From contig JAHRHZ010000042.1 of assembly GCA_024137785.1 (NCBI GenBank), positions 23,673,424 through 23,737,423 on the forward strand: a stretch of DNA of 64,000 bases, given 5' to 3'. Made by a program: the position numbers and the translations under genes. Of this stretch, positions 11,976 through 25,312 are shown piece by piece (the stretch's first letter is position 1; every line of letters starts with the position of its first letter). The notes under the pieces were generated by a model that was given only the letters and a program-made list of their open reading frames with translations, ran no database searches and was not told where the DNA came from. Origin of the DNA: Ginglymostoma cirratum (Eukaryota).

Positions 11976-14900
11976 AAGCTGAAAGGGAGAACACCATGTT
12001 TTACTGGGCTGTCTCCCCAGTGGCAAAGATAACAACAGTGGGCAGGAAGGTGATGGGCGTGGCATCTGCTAAAACCCCCCAAGTTTATCCCAGTGCCCCC
12101 CACTCTCCCAACACACTGCTGGGGTCCGTATGTTATTCTGTATATAACATGATCCTTCAAGATCATTTTGTGCTCTCATAACCTAAAGATAAAACTTCGT
12201 TCAGGTTTTTAACCTTGTTCAGCTTCTACAATAGTTAAGTTTATTTTAAAAAAAAGTTATCCATCATGTAATATCTTCCAAGGTATCGCTTTGTCTTTAC
12301 CACATTCCCACACACATCCTCCACAGTATCTGTCATCACATCTGCGAAACATTCCCAGAAATTAGATGTTATTCTTTGTCTCACACACATCAGATTTTTA
12401 GGTGTTGCCTACATTACACACACTTATTGTCATTTTCTCAAATAGAATTAATAAATTAACCAAACATACCTCACAGCTGATAGAACTACAATAGCATCAT
12501 CACATATTAATTCTATGGATCCTAACAACTGCCTTACTATCTATGCTGACAAAAGAAAGTAGAATTAAAATGGAAATCAAATTACCCAAACTGCATCAAA
12601 TGTCTTAAGGTTACACAGGACAGATTACAGGCCGCAATCATAGTTAATATGTTGACTATAAAGCTACTCAAGTTTCAGTGTGTGGTGCCATTTGAATGGG
12701 ATGCCTGCTGATCATTTTCTAGCACTCACCTGTCTCAAGACTCTTGGCTCTTATCACAGTAATTGGCAGAATGGCAATTAAAGGATGTCATTATGCACAC
12801 CAAGAGGATGTGATTTCGAAAGAATGTGCTTGTAAAGAACATCAAAACAAACAAAAGCAGTCCTATCCAGAGCCTAAACTTTGTTTACTGAAACTGTGTT
12901 TGTCCTATATGCTTCTGTTCAATTCTCTGTTTTGGTTTCAATAGGATGTAAAATCAGTATTCATCAATTATGTTAACTAGGGTGAGAAATCAATTTGGAA
13001 AGTGGTTTCAATAAGTAATGCTGTTAAGTTTATTTATCTTATAATATGCATTATTGCTGTCTCACAACTAAAATGTATAATTCATATTGTGCTATGCAAC
13101 CTGTCAAGCAAATCAATATATTGATAGCAAAATATTATTAAAACTGTTGAGAATTTTTTGAGTTTAATTAGAGAAGTAGGTTGTTACATATCTTTGCATC
13201 TGTATAATTTTGTCTATAATGTAGATCTCTTTAGTTAGTTCGAAAGTGTATATTAAAGTTATATGATTAATAAAAATGAGTATGCTAATACAGGCAAAAA
13301 GTTCATGACATGGTGTTTTATAATTTTGATGACAATATTATTAAAGATCTTGACTAAATGGCTCCTTTTCTGTAACATATTGAAAGGGTGGAATTTAAAT
13401 CAATGCTTGGGGTGAGAATATGATACTTTGCAGGCAAAAAGACACTGTATTTGTAAAACTTGGATATGATTTGCCACTGCTTATTTTATCAGTGGCACAG
13501 TTCAATGTTGAGATATTCTGATGAATAGAGGAAGGATATGTCCGTTGATGCGAACCAACATTTTGACCAATGTTGCAAACAATCTGGTTCCAACATCTTA
13601 CTGAAGTATTACACAAGGAAAGATGGAAATAACCCTATCAAGAAAGTTTGAAAGCTTGGAATTTTTAAAGCAGGTATTTCTACAATATGCTGAGATTTTA
13701 ATTTCCTTAACTTTGTCACTTTGCATTATGTGCATAATTGTTCTTTCAACCCTCGCTCCTCTACAATTAAGCTGAATTGTCAACTTCACACAGTAAAAGC
13801 ATCTATGTTGGGGCATACACAATCAATGAGAAGAAATTTTTACAATTGTTCTGGTGCCAGGTTTGTCAATGTGTACATCACGCAAAGGGCACAACTGTCA
13901 TGTGAAAGGGCTGGGCTGGAATATTTTGTGCAACAGATTAATAAATGGAGAATATAGGGCAGACCATCATCCTATAAAAACAAGGATTAAGATACCAGCA
14001 GAGCAGAGATGACGACACCTTACAGAACCCCTTTTCAACATATAACAATAAACCTTCATGTGTACAATTTATATCAGCGGCTTGACGTAACTTAGCAAGT
14101 AATAACCTCTTTATGTTTAAATTATGGAACTATTGCATGGAAACTTTTAGAAGCAATCCCATGCATAGGTCCAGAACTAATTTGTAGCCGCTTCTGCTGT
14201 TCCTGCTACCATCAACATTGTCAATTGTTTCACTTTTGTGAAATAAATAATCAACCACAAGCAAAGTCACTTAATCAAGCCCAGGATTCAATTTTCCCTG
14301 TTTCAATTTCAGAAACTGAGGGCATTCCTACTCACAACTACATCTATCAGATTGTAGATATACATGATCATGCTTCAAAGCTCATTGAGAATGCAGGTTT
14401 CCTGTTTCTTTTAGCACGCCTGCCTGTTGTTTACCCAGCACAAATTGAACAAAACACAGTTCTGAAATGATAATTGATTTGATGCTAGTTGTAGCAATGG
14501 ATTGTACAATATGCTTACGAAGCCATTGCATATTATACAGAGAGAAAAAAATTCTTCATCTCAATTAGATACTGGATCAGTTCTAATAACTTTTAAAATC
14601 ATATTAAACATATCTAGGAATGAAACCATAAGCTTCCAATGCTACAGGTTACCAAAAAAAACACACACACCTGATTAAAGCACCTGAAGGTTCCCCAAGA
14701 GGTGCGCTGATATTCAAGCTGCCTTTAGTTTTCTTGCAAATTATGGATTATCATCCTTTTGAGAGGGTGAAGGGAGAACCTGATTAGGTTGACTCGTTGT
14801 GTAATTTGCTTCTTTTTTTTTATGACACAATATGATCTCCACTTCCTATTTCTTCACAGGAGTCCAAATAACACTTGACACTGATCCAGGTTTGGTTGAG

Positions 14901-17900
14901 TGCGCAGGAATGTGAGTAACAAACTCACTCACCAATCCAGAAATGATACCCATGTTTCTTTCAACTGAAAGGTCTCATTTAAATCACATTGGCTGTCTTT
15001 TTGCCCTACCTGGGCAGCAAATACACTAGCCTGTGTCTGCTGATGAGTGGCAGGATCAGAAACCATAATGTCTTCATCATTAGCATGGGGGAATGTTTAT
15101 ACCAGAGGAGGACCAAATTTTGCTTGTATGGACCCCAGGAATGACATTTCTACTCCTTTTTGCCCCAGAACAGGGGTAAAACGATGATTTTAAAAAAACA
15201 CCTTTTGGGCCTCTTCTTATTTGGATATGTATCTCTGGTAGGAAACTCATTGTGATCCATGCTCGTGAGTTATTATCACATTCAAGTCTTGATAATACTG
15301 TCGCTTGGTAAGCAGAAGGATCGAGCCAACTCTGTACTGATGTAATTCCTGGCTGGTCAGTTCACTCAGGGTCTCCAAGGCAGGAGCATAACGTGGGATG
15401 TGAAATACCCATCTGCTTGACTTCCATTGAGTTGGTTCAATGAAAAATTTGCACTTCAGAACAGTGGCTTAAATGTCCCTGTCAAAGACTTCGTTTTCAC
15501 ATAAAACAATTCCTAATTTGCAATATTCTCAGAAATACAATTAAAGTCTGTGAGGGGAATTAAGAATGGTAGTCATAAAGTTAAATAAGTTAATTTTCAA
15601 TGACAAAAACATGAGGGAGATTATTTTGTTTGTTATTTAGGTGAAAATTTTCAGAATCTCCATTGCCCGAGCTGATTTTCTTCACATCAGCCTCTCCTCC
15701 TCTGACCAGTTGTCTTCCTTTCAGTGTTGAAGATGCTGAGCTGAACAATTTCACTGCTGCAACAGATCTTCAACAGCTCACTGTTGATCATGTAAGTCTA
15801 AATCTATCAGCAGCCTACTCAACCTTGGAGGGTATTACAGAAGAACCTGATTCAGCTATCACTTTTCAGCAAACGTCACAAGGTAATAGCCATGAATGAG
15901 AACCCTCTCTGAACTTCTCCTCAAAAGTCAAGTGCATTGAGGCAAATTCCAGTCCTCGACAAGATTGGATAATCAAGAAGAGATTCAGAGGTTAACCATG
16001 GACTTTTTGTCTTCTGTACGACTCAATGCAACACCAGGCAGTGCTTTTCTCTGCTAAATTGTACAAATTCAACAACTTCTTGCAAAATTGAAGTTGAGGT
16101 TGATGTGTTGTTATATGAATATCTTTGGGACGTATTCATTTCGACAGTTACAGATTCGTAATTACAAGCTAACTGCAAAGCCAAAGTTGATGAAAAGCTA
16201 TAAAAACAGAGATATTTGTCACTTGTACACTTGTTCCTCAAGAATCCCAACAATCTCATGGAATTACTTTAAGAAGAAGATTGGGACTCTCAGATTTGAA
16301 GAAATCTCCACAGCTGCTCTAGTTTCATGTCTGAATCAAGTGGAACTTAAACACCACCTTACACTGATACAGCTGAGAATAATTTTCAACCAAGTCAGAT
16401 GAACGTGACAGAATTAAAGAACCGAGGCCAACAATTTTTCAGCAGTGAATCAAATAGTTGAATACCTGATCTATTGTACCAGCATCTCTATAAAATGGCT
16501 GGCATTTTATTTCAATTGCTAACATTACAGCTAATGTTATAAAAGTTTTTGCCTTCTTCCTAGATTGTTTTCTCTGCTTTTTGTCAACAGGCTATGGCAG
16601 CTGAAGTCAAAGACAACTGATCGAACTCGTTCTAAAAATCATCCAAATATTCACAATATATTAATCCACTATGGACCATATAACAGTATGCATTTCCAAA
16701 ATTGCATTAAAACTTTACAATTTCTTTAACAAATAGAAAAGCACAATTGCAATTTCATGCTATGCACTGTCAGGTGTCATACTTGAGAAAAAAATCAAGG
16801 TTATTACTTTGAGGGTCACTATACTAAAAGCAAAAAGCAATAAATCTAACAAATGGAGGGGGCACAGTAGACAAGTATGATGAAAAATTGAAGAAGGTGG
16901 CTGGATATTTTGCAGCCGAAATCCTCTTGGAAACTGTTCATAGGATCACCAAAGTAGATGAGAGTTAGAAGTAGGTTTCCTAAAACTCCAGATTCAGAAC
17001 AGCCTAAGTAATAGACTTGAGTCACAGTGGCTGCAAGAATTCTCATCCCTCCTTTCAAAAATACATCAACTCTGCTCAACAACATGTCACTGAGGGATTA
17101 TGTGTTAGGCTTAGCAGTGAATGATACCATTACAGCCTCCTTTGTTAAAATGACTAAAATTTATATTTTAAATGCTGCTGCAAATAATTATGGTTGAATT
17201 TGCATAAGAGCTCATGGTCACGCATACCAAAAGGTAACTGCAGCTGATGAAGAGGTTCCTTGTGAACATGAACTCCATTTACTCATCGTGAACCAGTCGT
17301 GTCAGCAACAAGGCAGTATTATGTTGAGTCCAATAGAAGGTCTCTACATTCATATACAAAAGCTGCTTTCTTCCAAATGATCTCCCAGGGCTGACATTAT
17401 TGAAGTTGAACAGAACCCAAATTATATGCTGAAAGCACAGATTCTAGATTAAATTCTTTATTTTCTAAAGGCACCATGGATTAATAGGAGCACAGTCAAT
17501 ATCTGTGACTGGCAAATTCTTAATCCCAATTTATCATTGCTGAGAAGAATTGTCAGGACATTTGACCAGAGAAAGCATAGGTACTCATCAATATGCATAA
17601 CTTCCCTATGGAATCTCTTTACTTACCAAGTGGCTGTGATGGTGAGGAGGAAGCTTATGTTTAGGTTGCACTTTTAGCAGGGGTACAGTTGGGGAGAGGG
17701 TTAGGGTGCTGTTTTTGGGGTGTGGGACAATGTCAAAAACAGGAAAAGCAGAAAACATGAAACAACTTACCAAAAAACAGTTGATTAGTCTGCCAACTTC
17801 CTTCATTTCACTCTGTGGGCATAACTTCCACATGTATCTTTTTCCTAAGTGTTTCATAATCTGAGTGTTCCCTTTTCTGTTGCTGCAAAAAGCCATTTGA

Positions 17901-20153
17901 TATGTGACAAAAACATGCCTGTGGCCCAGAAATTCAAAGCTAAATGCCTTCTTTCTTAAAGAACTGAAGCAAGTAATATCAGAGATTAGTGATAATTGGA
18001 TCTTGTATTAGAATTTCACGAGCAATTTTGATATGGTTTCAAATGCCTTCATGACTCTGAAAGAGCCAAATTAATAAATTTAATTTACATTTGGCAACCT
18101 TTTTGCAAGCAAATTTAAATACACATTGTCACTCCTGTGCAGTGCCTGTTTTATTCTGTAAATTTGATGATATTCCTTCTCAAGACAGCTTCAAATTAAA
18201 TCTAGACAAAACTGACTGTTTGGATTAGCTCCCATGTGAAACTTTCCAACTCAAAAAAGGTGTATGAGAGACTGAAATTTGATGGATAAAATATTTGTTA
18301 ATTCCATTTCTTTTCTTATGAACTTTAAATACACGGATAAATTTTGCTGAACAGATCAGTTTTGCACTTCAGAAGCAAGCACCCCGTCTTTCAGCTAATT
18401 GTTTAAATTAGGGTGGTTTAAAGCATTGTGGGAGGCATACAATATGTTTGGAGTTCCAATCCTAACAATGGAGGAAACTCCAGATCATTTGAACTTAAAA
18501 TAAACTTGCTAGTTCCTAGACATTGCACTATTCCCCAAGATTGTACCTCTTATCCCAAAGGGTAAACTAAGTTCATGCATGATTTCTCAAGCATATAACC
18601 AGAATATTCCAGAACAGTGCCTCAGGTTTGAGAACTTAAGGCCAAAATAAATGATTTCATTCAATATCTTAATTTGCTCAATTGGAAAAAAAAATAGCCA
18701 CAGGAACATTGTTCCAGGGTAACATGAGGAAGAAAGACCCTTCCTCCCTCATCCCCAACAGTTCCTGGCGCTACCATGCTTCCCATTTCTGACTTAATCT
18801 TTTTCAGCACTGGTATCCGATGGGTAGCTCTACGAAACAGTAGCATTTAAAAGGAATAAAACTGCTCATGGTACATTACATATGACCTAGTAATGGGAAG
18901 AACTTTGTGAGCTAGCAGACAATGTGCAGCTGCCTGAGGCTTTCTGAACGAAACACTTCCTCCACTGTTAAACCAACAGATTCCCAAACACTGAAAAATA
19001 AACAAATATGCCTTGAAATTTACAGTAAACAATAATTAAGTTCTGAAGTGAAAGACACGTGGCATTAATTTCTAGAATTGTTTGAGCTAACTTCCGCGGC
19101 AAAGAAAAGATAGAACAAAATCTCACATAGTCAGATATAGTTTTTCATGGGTATCATTGTATACATTTAATTTGTTCTTATCGAAATGCATCATGCTAAC
19201 AAAATAGAAGGGATACTGCAGCTTTAAGCAACCATATGGCTTCCCTTTTCAGAAACTAGTAACATATAAACTAGGAGACACCAAATACACAGGACGCTGA
19301 AGAGACCTTCCAAGAATGCCTTCCAAATGGCCCTCTCTTTTTCTTGTGACTTGTTGTTAGTTTTGGCCCAGTTCCACTGCAGTACAAGAAAAGCCTTCAG
19401 CGAATCTTATCAGTATGTTGGACTCAAAGTGCAGAAATATGGTTATGTGCACACATAATACACAATCAAATGGAAACTGAAGAGTTATATATTTACCTTA
19501 ACGTACATGACATATACAATTGTATTAGTTTTCCACAATTTATATATGATGGCGAGAGTCAACATGGACCTAAATGTTAGTGAGAAATACGTCTGGAATA
19601 GAATTGTTCTAAGATAAAGATCCTTAAACTTTAATGTACAACTGCCCCTTTTGTTATACATGTGCAGCTTCTCTGCTAGATGTTTGCTTAGCCAGCCAAT
19701 GGGCTACAATCCACCTGTTAATTAGCCAATGGTCTACAGGCATATTACATTATTTATCTGGTAGCCTACAAATAGTATACAGGTAAATTATATCATCCAC
19801 CCAGTAAAACCACAGACAGCTTTACGTATGTGAGGGAAAGGTTAATGGCATGTACCTGCATAAATAAACATCATTAAAAGCATAAAATATGTAAACACTA
19901 CATCAGCTAAAACATGGAAGATTAAAAAGTGGAAAATCAACAGGAAGTGAACTAACAGTTTTGACAGCAATTATGCACCAGCGCCCTGCAGCCAACAGAG
20001 GGGAAATACCAGTATGGACTCACAAAAACAAATACTTGTCAGCACAGAACCTATACGCGATGTTTTACAGCCTGTGCACAACCTGTGCAGGATAAAGTTT
20101 ATTTGTTCTGTTCGGGTTAGAGGCAGTGCGCTGTTCAATGGCGCAGTGCCACG

Positions 20154-20257
20154 TCAAAATTTGAAGAGGAAGTGGACGAAGAGTATCACCAGTAGCCATA
20201 GTGAAGCAGTCATTCCTCCAGAAGCACGGTTGTTCCCATCAAGCACGGCTCCTGGAC
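20154..20257 (-). CDS. NTM: Terminal coding exon of neurotrimin (IgLON family), encoding the GPI-anchor signal
   Basis: Acceptor cttgtccctttctag|GT CCA GGA GCC, phase 1. Translates (G)PGAVLDGNNRASGGMTASLWLLVILFVHFLFKF*, matching the GPGAV...hydrophobic...KF* end of NTM/OPCML. NTM is preferred over OPCML because of the two upstream NTM-type microexons. Confidence 0.9.
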
Positions 20258-20772
20258 CTAGAAAGGGACAAGCACATATAGCCAGTTTAGTGATGCAAGT
20301 CATGTTTTGAAGCTCACTGTGCTGTACATAATAGCTTATATTGTCTCTGAAATACTTCTGAGAAGTGTTTGAAACCTTTGAAGCCACTGCATATTAAGAG
20401 AAAGTATCCCCTGTCTAGTACACTGTCTTTCACCTCAACAAAAACACTTTAAGTTCCAGCAAACTGATTTCTCTGTAAAGATCTTAAATTCAATGAATTT
20501 GAATTCAACGAATTTGAATTCATGTCCCTCATTTACATTTACAACAATTTGGCATAAGGCTTTGTCAGCAAACTGTAAATCAATAGCAATGAAGGAAGTT
20601 GGGGATTAGAAGGAGGGAAGAGATAATGGTATTTCAAATTTTCTACTCGTCAGCAGTTGATAGGCTGCAATGGTCTTTATCTGATTCTTTAAAATTTCTG
20701 ACTTAATGAGACTGACTGATGTACATACACTGAAGTTTTGCCTTGATAAAATAGCCAGTGGTCTGTTGGGAG

Positions 20773-20971
20773 ATAGCAGGAACTGCGGATGCTGGAGAAT
20801 CTGAGATAACAAGGTGTGGAGCTGGATGAACACAGCAGGCCAAGCAGCATCAGAGGAGCAGGAAGGCTGACGTTTCGGGCCTAGACTCTTCTTCAGAAAC
20901 GTCAGCCTTCCTGCTCCTCTGATGCTACTTGGCCTGCTGTGTTCATTCAGCTCTACACCTTATTATCTCAG
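20773..20971. mobile_element. Short palindromic Penelope-like pLTR insertion with TSD
   Basis: Inverted arms at 20801-20876 and 20896-20971. Flanking duplication cagtg(g/a)tctgttgggag at 20756-20772 and 20969-20985. The arm matches the pLTR at ~63035-63100. Confidence 0.85.
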
Positions 20972-21334
20972 TGATCTGTTGGGAGTTGCGTTGAAGCAGT
21001 GTGGTCTGCATTTTTGTATGTGGTGGACAGTACAGAATCTTGAAGGATACATTTGAAATTTAAATCCATATTTCCATTCATTTTGATAGGTGTTCATGGC
21101 AACAAATCTTGATGTTTTTAATCCAGTCAGAACAGCCTTTTCCAAGTCTTCAGATTTGAGACATTCAAAACAGATAGACCAGCAAATAGGTTACTTTGAT
21201 TGCAAAGAACAGATTTTCAGGGTCTAGGGCAGATTGGGGTCCCTGAGCTTCCAGTTTAAACTACTTTCAGATTGGGAAAAAGGGAACTCCGCTTATGATC
21301 TAATCCATGCTATAGTGAACCTAACAGTGCAGAT

Positions 21335-21540
21335 TGGTCTAGCTCAATTGGCTGGATGGCTAGTTTGTGAAAGAGTACAATGCTAACAACATGGGTTCAA
21401 TCTCCCACTTTGACTGAGGTTACAATAAAGGACTCTCTTCCACAACTTCTCTCCCCTTGCCTGAGGTGTGGTAGCCCTAAGGTTAAATCACTGCTCATTA
21501 TCTCTCTCTAGCAAGAAGGCAAGACTATGGTGACTTGACG
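21335..21540 (+). mobile_element. tRNA-derived SINE
   Basis: A-box-like tagctcaattgg and B-box-like gggttcaatctccc, followed by a body ending gactatggtgacttgac. Confidence 0.65.
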
Positions 21541-21781
21541 TAGCAATAACAGTGGACTAACAAATTGGGGGACCAGTTCATTCCTTAGTCATGGCTTCAC
21601 TTATGGAGGCAAGCAGATAACTCATATAAAGGTGGTGATCTTGTGATGTCTCTAAATTTTACTTGCTGGCATTTCCAAAGGAAAGCACAAAGAAGTTGAA
21701 CCTTATTTTTGGTGGCAGTATCAAAAAGGTGTTATTGCATCAGCCACATTCTAAATTCTGGGTCCAACAGTCATTGATATT

Positions 21782-24700
21782 GGGCTGAATTTTATCAAAC
21801 ACAGCCAAGAGTCCATTCCAGGGAGGTTCTCTCTATGAACTCCAACGAAGTATCTGATGCAATTTTTGGCTACTGATCTAGGCATCATACTCTTCCGGTG
21901 CATGCTAGCATTTTTGTGCATCCACTAATGGTGGAGGTATTTTTCCACACTCTGGATCTGCTGTGACATGGACCACTAGCCTCATATTTAAAATGCAGCT
22001 GTGCCCCAGGTCAAAGGCTGCAAACCAGGAATGGCCATTCGCAGACTGTTACTGCACAATTCTAAATGACACAGCTGAGAAAGGGTAGGTGGAGTCCCAG
22101 CCTTGCCTGTAGGGATCTGGGGGTCCTAGTTGATGGGGTAATGGAGAGAAGGGTCGTTGTCTTCTCTTGGTCGGCAACTACCATGGCTGAGGTTGCCACC
22201 CAGGGGAGTGCAGTTTCCATGGTCTGCAGAAATGCCCTACGATGCAGGAGCAGGCTAATGACCTTCTGTGCACCCTGAGTGTTAGTATCACCATATTCTT
22301 TCTGTTATCTCACACTCATTCCAACTTGGTCATTGGATCCGCCTCCCACCAAGTCTCATCGTCTACCACTGTCTCTACCACTCTTAATGGATGCAACATC
22401 TCTGTTTAATCACTCTTATCCACTACACATCCCCAACCCACAGCTGCCATACTTCCTACTCACTCACTTGGGACACCTTGACACTGTTCCTGCACGAGTA
22501 TTAACAGCTGTGCCACTTTCCTCTCAGTTGATCAGTCCTTTGGTCTCCTTCCAGGAGAACACAGCCTGCAGTAGGTCAGACAGAGCCAAGATGGGAGATT
22601 AGGTGGCCAACATTTGACTCCTCTGCAAGGACAGAATTTTGCCTTAGCAGGAGAAGACTGGTGGTGATGTGGAGACCTCTCTGTCCCTGCAGCCAAGATT
22701 AATTCCCATAAAACAAATTCTGTTCCATTAGCAGCAGTATGAAAGTATTCTTAACATACACTAGATACTACCCAAGTTTGCATTTCATTTCTTCTCTTGA
22801 CTCCAGTGGCATTGTACAGCTTTATAGCACCTCCTGCGGACATCAACTCATCCTGCACCTCTGAAGGAGAAACACAGACCCTTAAAAGTATGAACCAGGA
22901 AGATTGTTTTCTGCACCCTCTTCCAGCTCACTTGCTGACACCTTAATGAGTTCATTTGGGAATACGGTTGGGAGCATATTCTGGGGAGAGAATCACTGCG
23001 CTGCCTCCATAGCAGACCAAGGAAGGATTTCATGCTATTGCTGGCACTCAGAGGAGACCAGTCAGCTGCTCAGCCTCAGGCAGAGGAGGGTCCCAAGGTG
23101 TCATCTTGGAGACCCAGGTCCGGTTCACTCAAGGTCTGCTGGATATGTGCTGGATCTATATTTTATCACTTTAACCATTGATGCAGTAATGGCAAGGTGA
23201 CAAAGGAAAGTGGGACCTTGACCTCAATCCAGGTGCTTCTTTCTTTCAAGGACACAGGGCAGATCCAAGAGGCACCCAGCCAGAGAAAGAAACACATACA
23301 GGTCCACTAGATGTCTTCTCTCAGGCTAGCTCCGAGGTGTCTAACCTCTCCATCTCCATTCTGCCTGCAATCCTCAATCCTGTAGGAGTTCAAGAGCAGG
23401 GCCAACCCGCATCTAGCCAGGACAATCTCAGCATGACGGGGCCCTCAAATTACAAGTGCCCCCAAAACTCTGGTGAAAGCAGGATCCACTCTGCAGCAGG
23501 CTCCTTCCACCCCAGCTGTAGACACAGGGACTGTGCCTAGCCACAGCAGGAGGAAAGGAAAAAGAGGTGACATGGGAGAAAATTGGTTGTAAATAGGTCA
23601 CATTTCTAAATATATGTTCAGTTACAAGCTTAAAGGTAGAGAAGTTTCCACCTTTAGCGCCACACAAAGTTCTGAATAATATCTATGCTTTCCGTGGCAC
23701 CTAAATAAGCATGAGGCTTTGTGAGGATTGAATATGGGTATATCTGAAGCTTTTCATCAGTTTATAGCCTTCCCTTTTATTAAATAACAACAGAAGCACA
23801 AGAAGATTAAAACTGCATTTGCAGTAAGAAATAAGCTGGCGATGCTGGCCTCACCAGCATTAAGAAATTTAGTCAGTGAAAGATGATTGCACACAAATCA
23901 GGTCTGGTGAAAGAGATTCAATAGGAAGTCCTGCCTGGCTTGCTTAGGCTGACGAGGTGGTGTTTTAGGATCTTAAACAATCTCTCTCAGTATAACGTTG
24001 TGGCTCTTTTGAGTCTTCATTGTCCAACATATCATCTTGAGGCATTCTGCAGTTGTCTGAGGCAAAGCATCCAAGAATTATGCAATATCTTCTGTCTGTT
24101 CAACACTCCAACAACTCCTCAGCCATGCCCTGCATGGGAACTAGATGTAGAGGAGATATTTTATGATCCTCATTGACCCAAGTGGAATAAGGTGTTGCAT
24201 TACAGATATGCTGGGTATCACAATATGGCTTTCTGATTCTGCCTTCAATATACAGTAAATCATCACTCCCCTTCTCTCATCTTGCATTTGAAACTCCACA
24301 TCAGGAGGCTGTGTCACATCAACCGGGGGTTGATGCAGATCCTTGGTTTCCAGATGCAAATCTTCCTCATCTACTCTTGCAGGAGATACAGACACAACCC
24401 TAGCTGTTGTACTTGGGGACGGGTACAACGAGCCTATGTGAGCAAAGCAGTAATGAAGCACCTCCTCAATAATGTAAAAACTCAGCACAAAAAGGACATT
24501 TAATCTCATCATCCGTGAAACATCAGGATGTGCAAACTACTAACAAGGAAGGCAATGGGTGCCTGCACAAGGGCCTTTCACATCACTGACCTGATTCAGT
24601 ATATTCTGCTCAAGCCATTCGACACACACACATGCAGTTGGATGTTGTGAATTTGTCAGTGTAGAAGCAATAATGGAAACTTCTCTCCTGACTTCCAACT

Positions 24701-24950
24701 CTCACAATTCCCAAGAAAGGCAGCGTTGCACATTGGATAATAGTTTGGATGCTTTCTCATCCAAAGTGTGAAGTCAGCGGCTTCTGAATCTTTGAAACGT
24801 GGAAAATGACTGCAAATTGTCGAACTAGGGTGAATCTCTGCCACTCTCCTGACATTAATTGTGCTTTCACAGCCACAGGGAGTAATTTGTAATGTTGAAC
24901 AAGATAGTCAAGATTGTTGATGTTTTGTTGAGGTAGTCGGTCAAAATTTT
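21782..24950. mobile_element. Decayed PIF/Harbinger transposon: Myb/SANT-like gene (+) and HARBI1-like DDE transposase remnant (-)
   Basis: Left end gggctgaatttt. ORF 22066-22278 DLGVLVDGVMERRVVVF..AEVAT..SAVS..RNALRCRSRL is Myb/SANT-like, with a probable second exon after ctccttccag at ~22554 (ENTACSRSDRAKMG). Minus strand ~24140-24660 resembles the transposase C-terminus (LKxRFRC...IVxxCxxLHN-like). Right end uncertain. Confidence 0.7.
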
Positions 24951-24959
24951 ATTTCCTCT

Positions 24960-25050
24960 GCAACATCTGTTGAGGTGCTGAGTTTCTCCAGCTATTTCTG
25001 TTTTTTGCTTGCTTCAGATCTCAAGCATCCACAGTTTCTTTGTGTTGTTA
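24960..25050 (+). mobile_element. Penelope-like pLTR fragment
   Basis: gctgagtttctccagctatttctgttttttg...cagatctcaagcatccacagttt. Same family as 44079-44227. Confidence 0.55.
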
Positions 25051-25199
25051 TGGCGGTGACTGTCAATTGTCTCTGCCCGCACATTTCTCCCCACAACCTG
25101 TTGTGTGCCTGCACTCTATCATTTCCCACCCTGATATACTGAGATGCTTGCCTTAACAATGGTTGTTGCCTCTGAAACCCAGTCTGCTGCCTCCAATCC

Positions 25200-25312
25200 G
25201 AATGCCCAGGATGTTGGTAGTGGGAGGTTCAACAATGGCATTGTTATTGAATGTCAAGGTGAGGTAATTAGTTCCTTTCTCGTGTTAGAAACGGTCATTC
25301 ACTGCCTGGCAC
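25200..25312 (-). mobile_element. LINE fragment, same family as 9926-10555
   Basis: ttcaacaatggcattgttattgaatgtcaag...tgcctggcact aligns with ~10421-10500. Confidence 0.6.

Noticed and set aside
20154-20257. Calling the gene OPCML
   Set aside because: The last exon alone is ambiguous, but both upstream microexons resemble NTM cassettes. Not fully excluded without a phylogeny.
20258-20387. N-terminal part of ORF 20154..20387 (MASKVSN...CPFL)
   Set aside because: It lies upstream of a clear splice acceptor and has no IgLON similarity; it is intronic read-through of the open frame.
20488-20522. Short tandem duplications here and at ~29487-29512 and ~49166-49205
   Set aside because: Two or three adjacent copies with no spacers; slippage products, not CRISPR or functional arrays.
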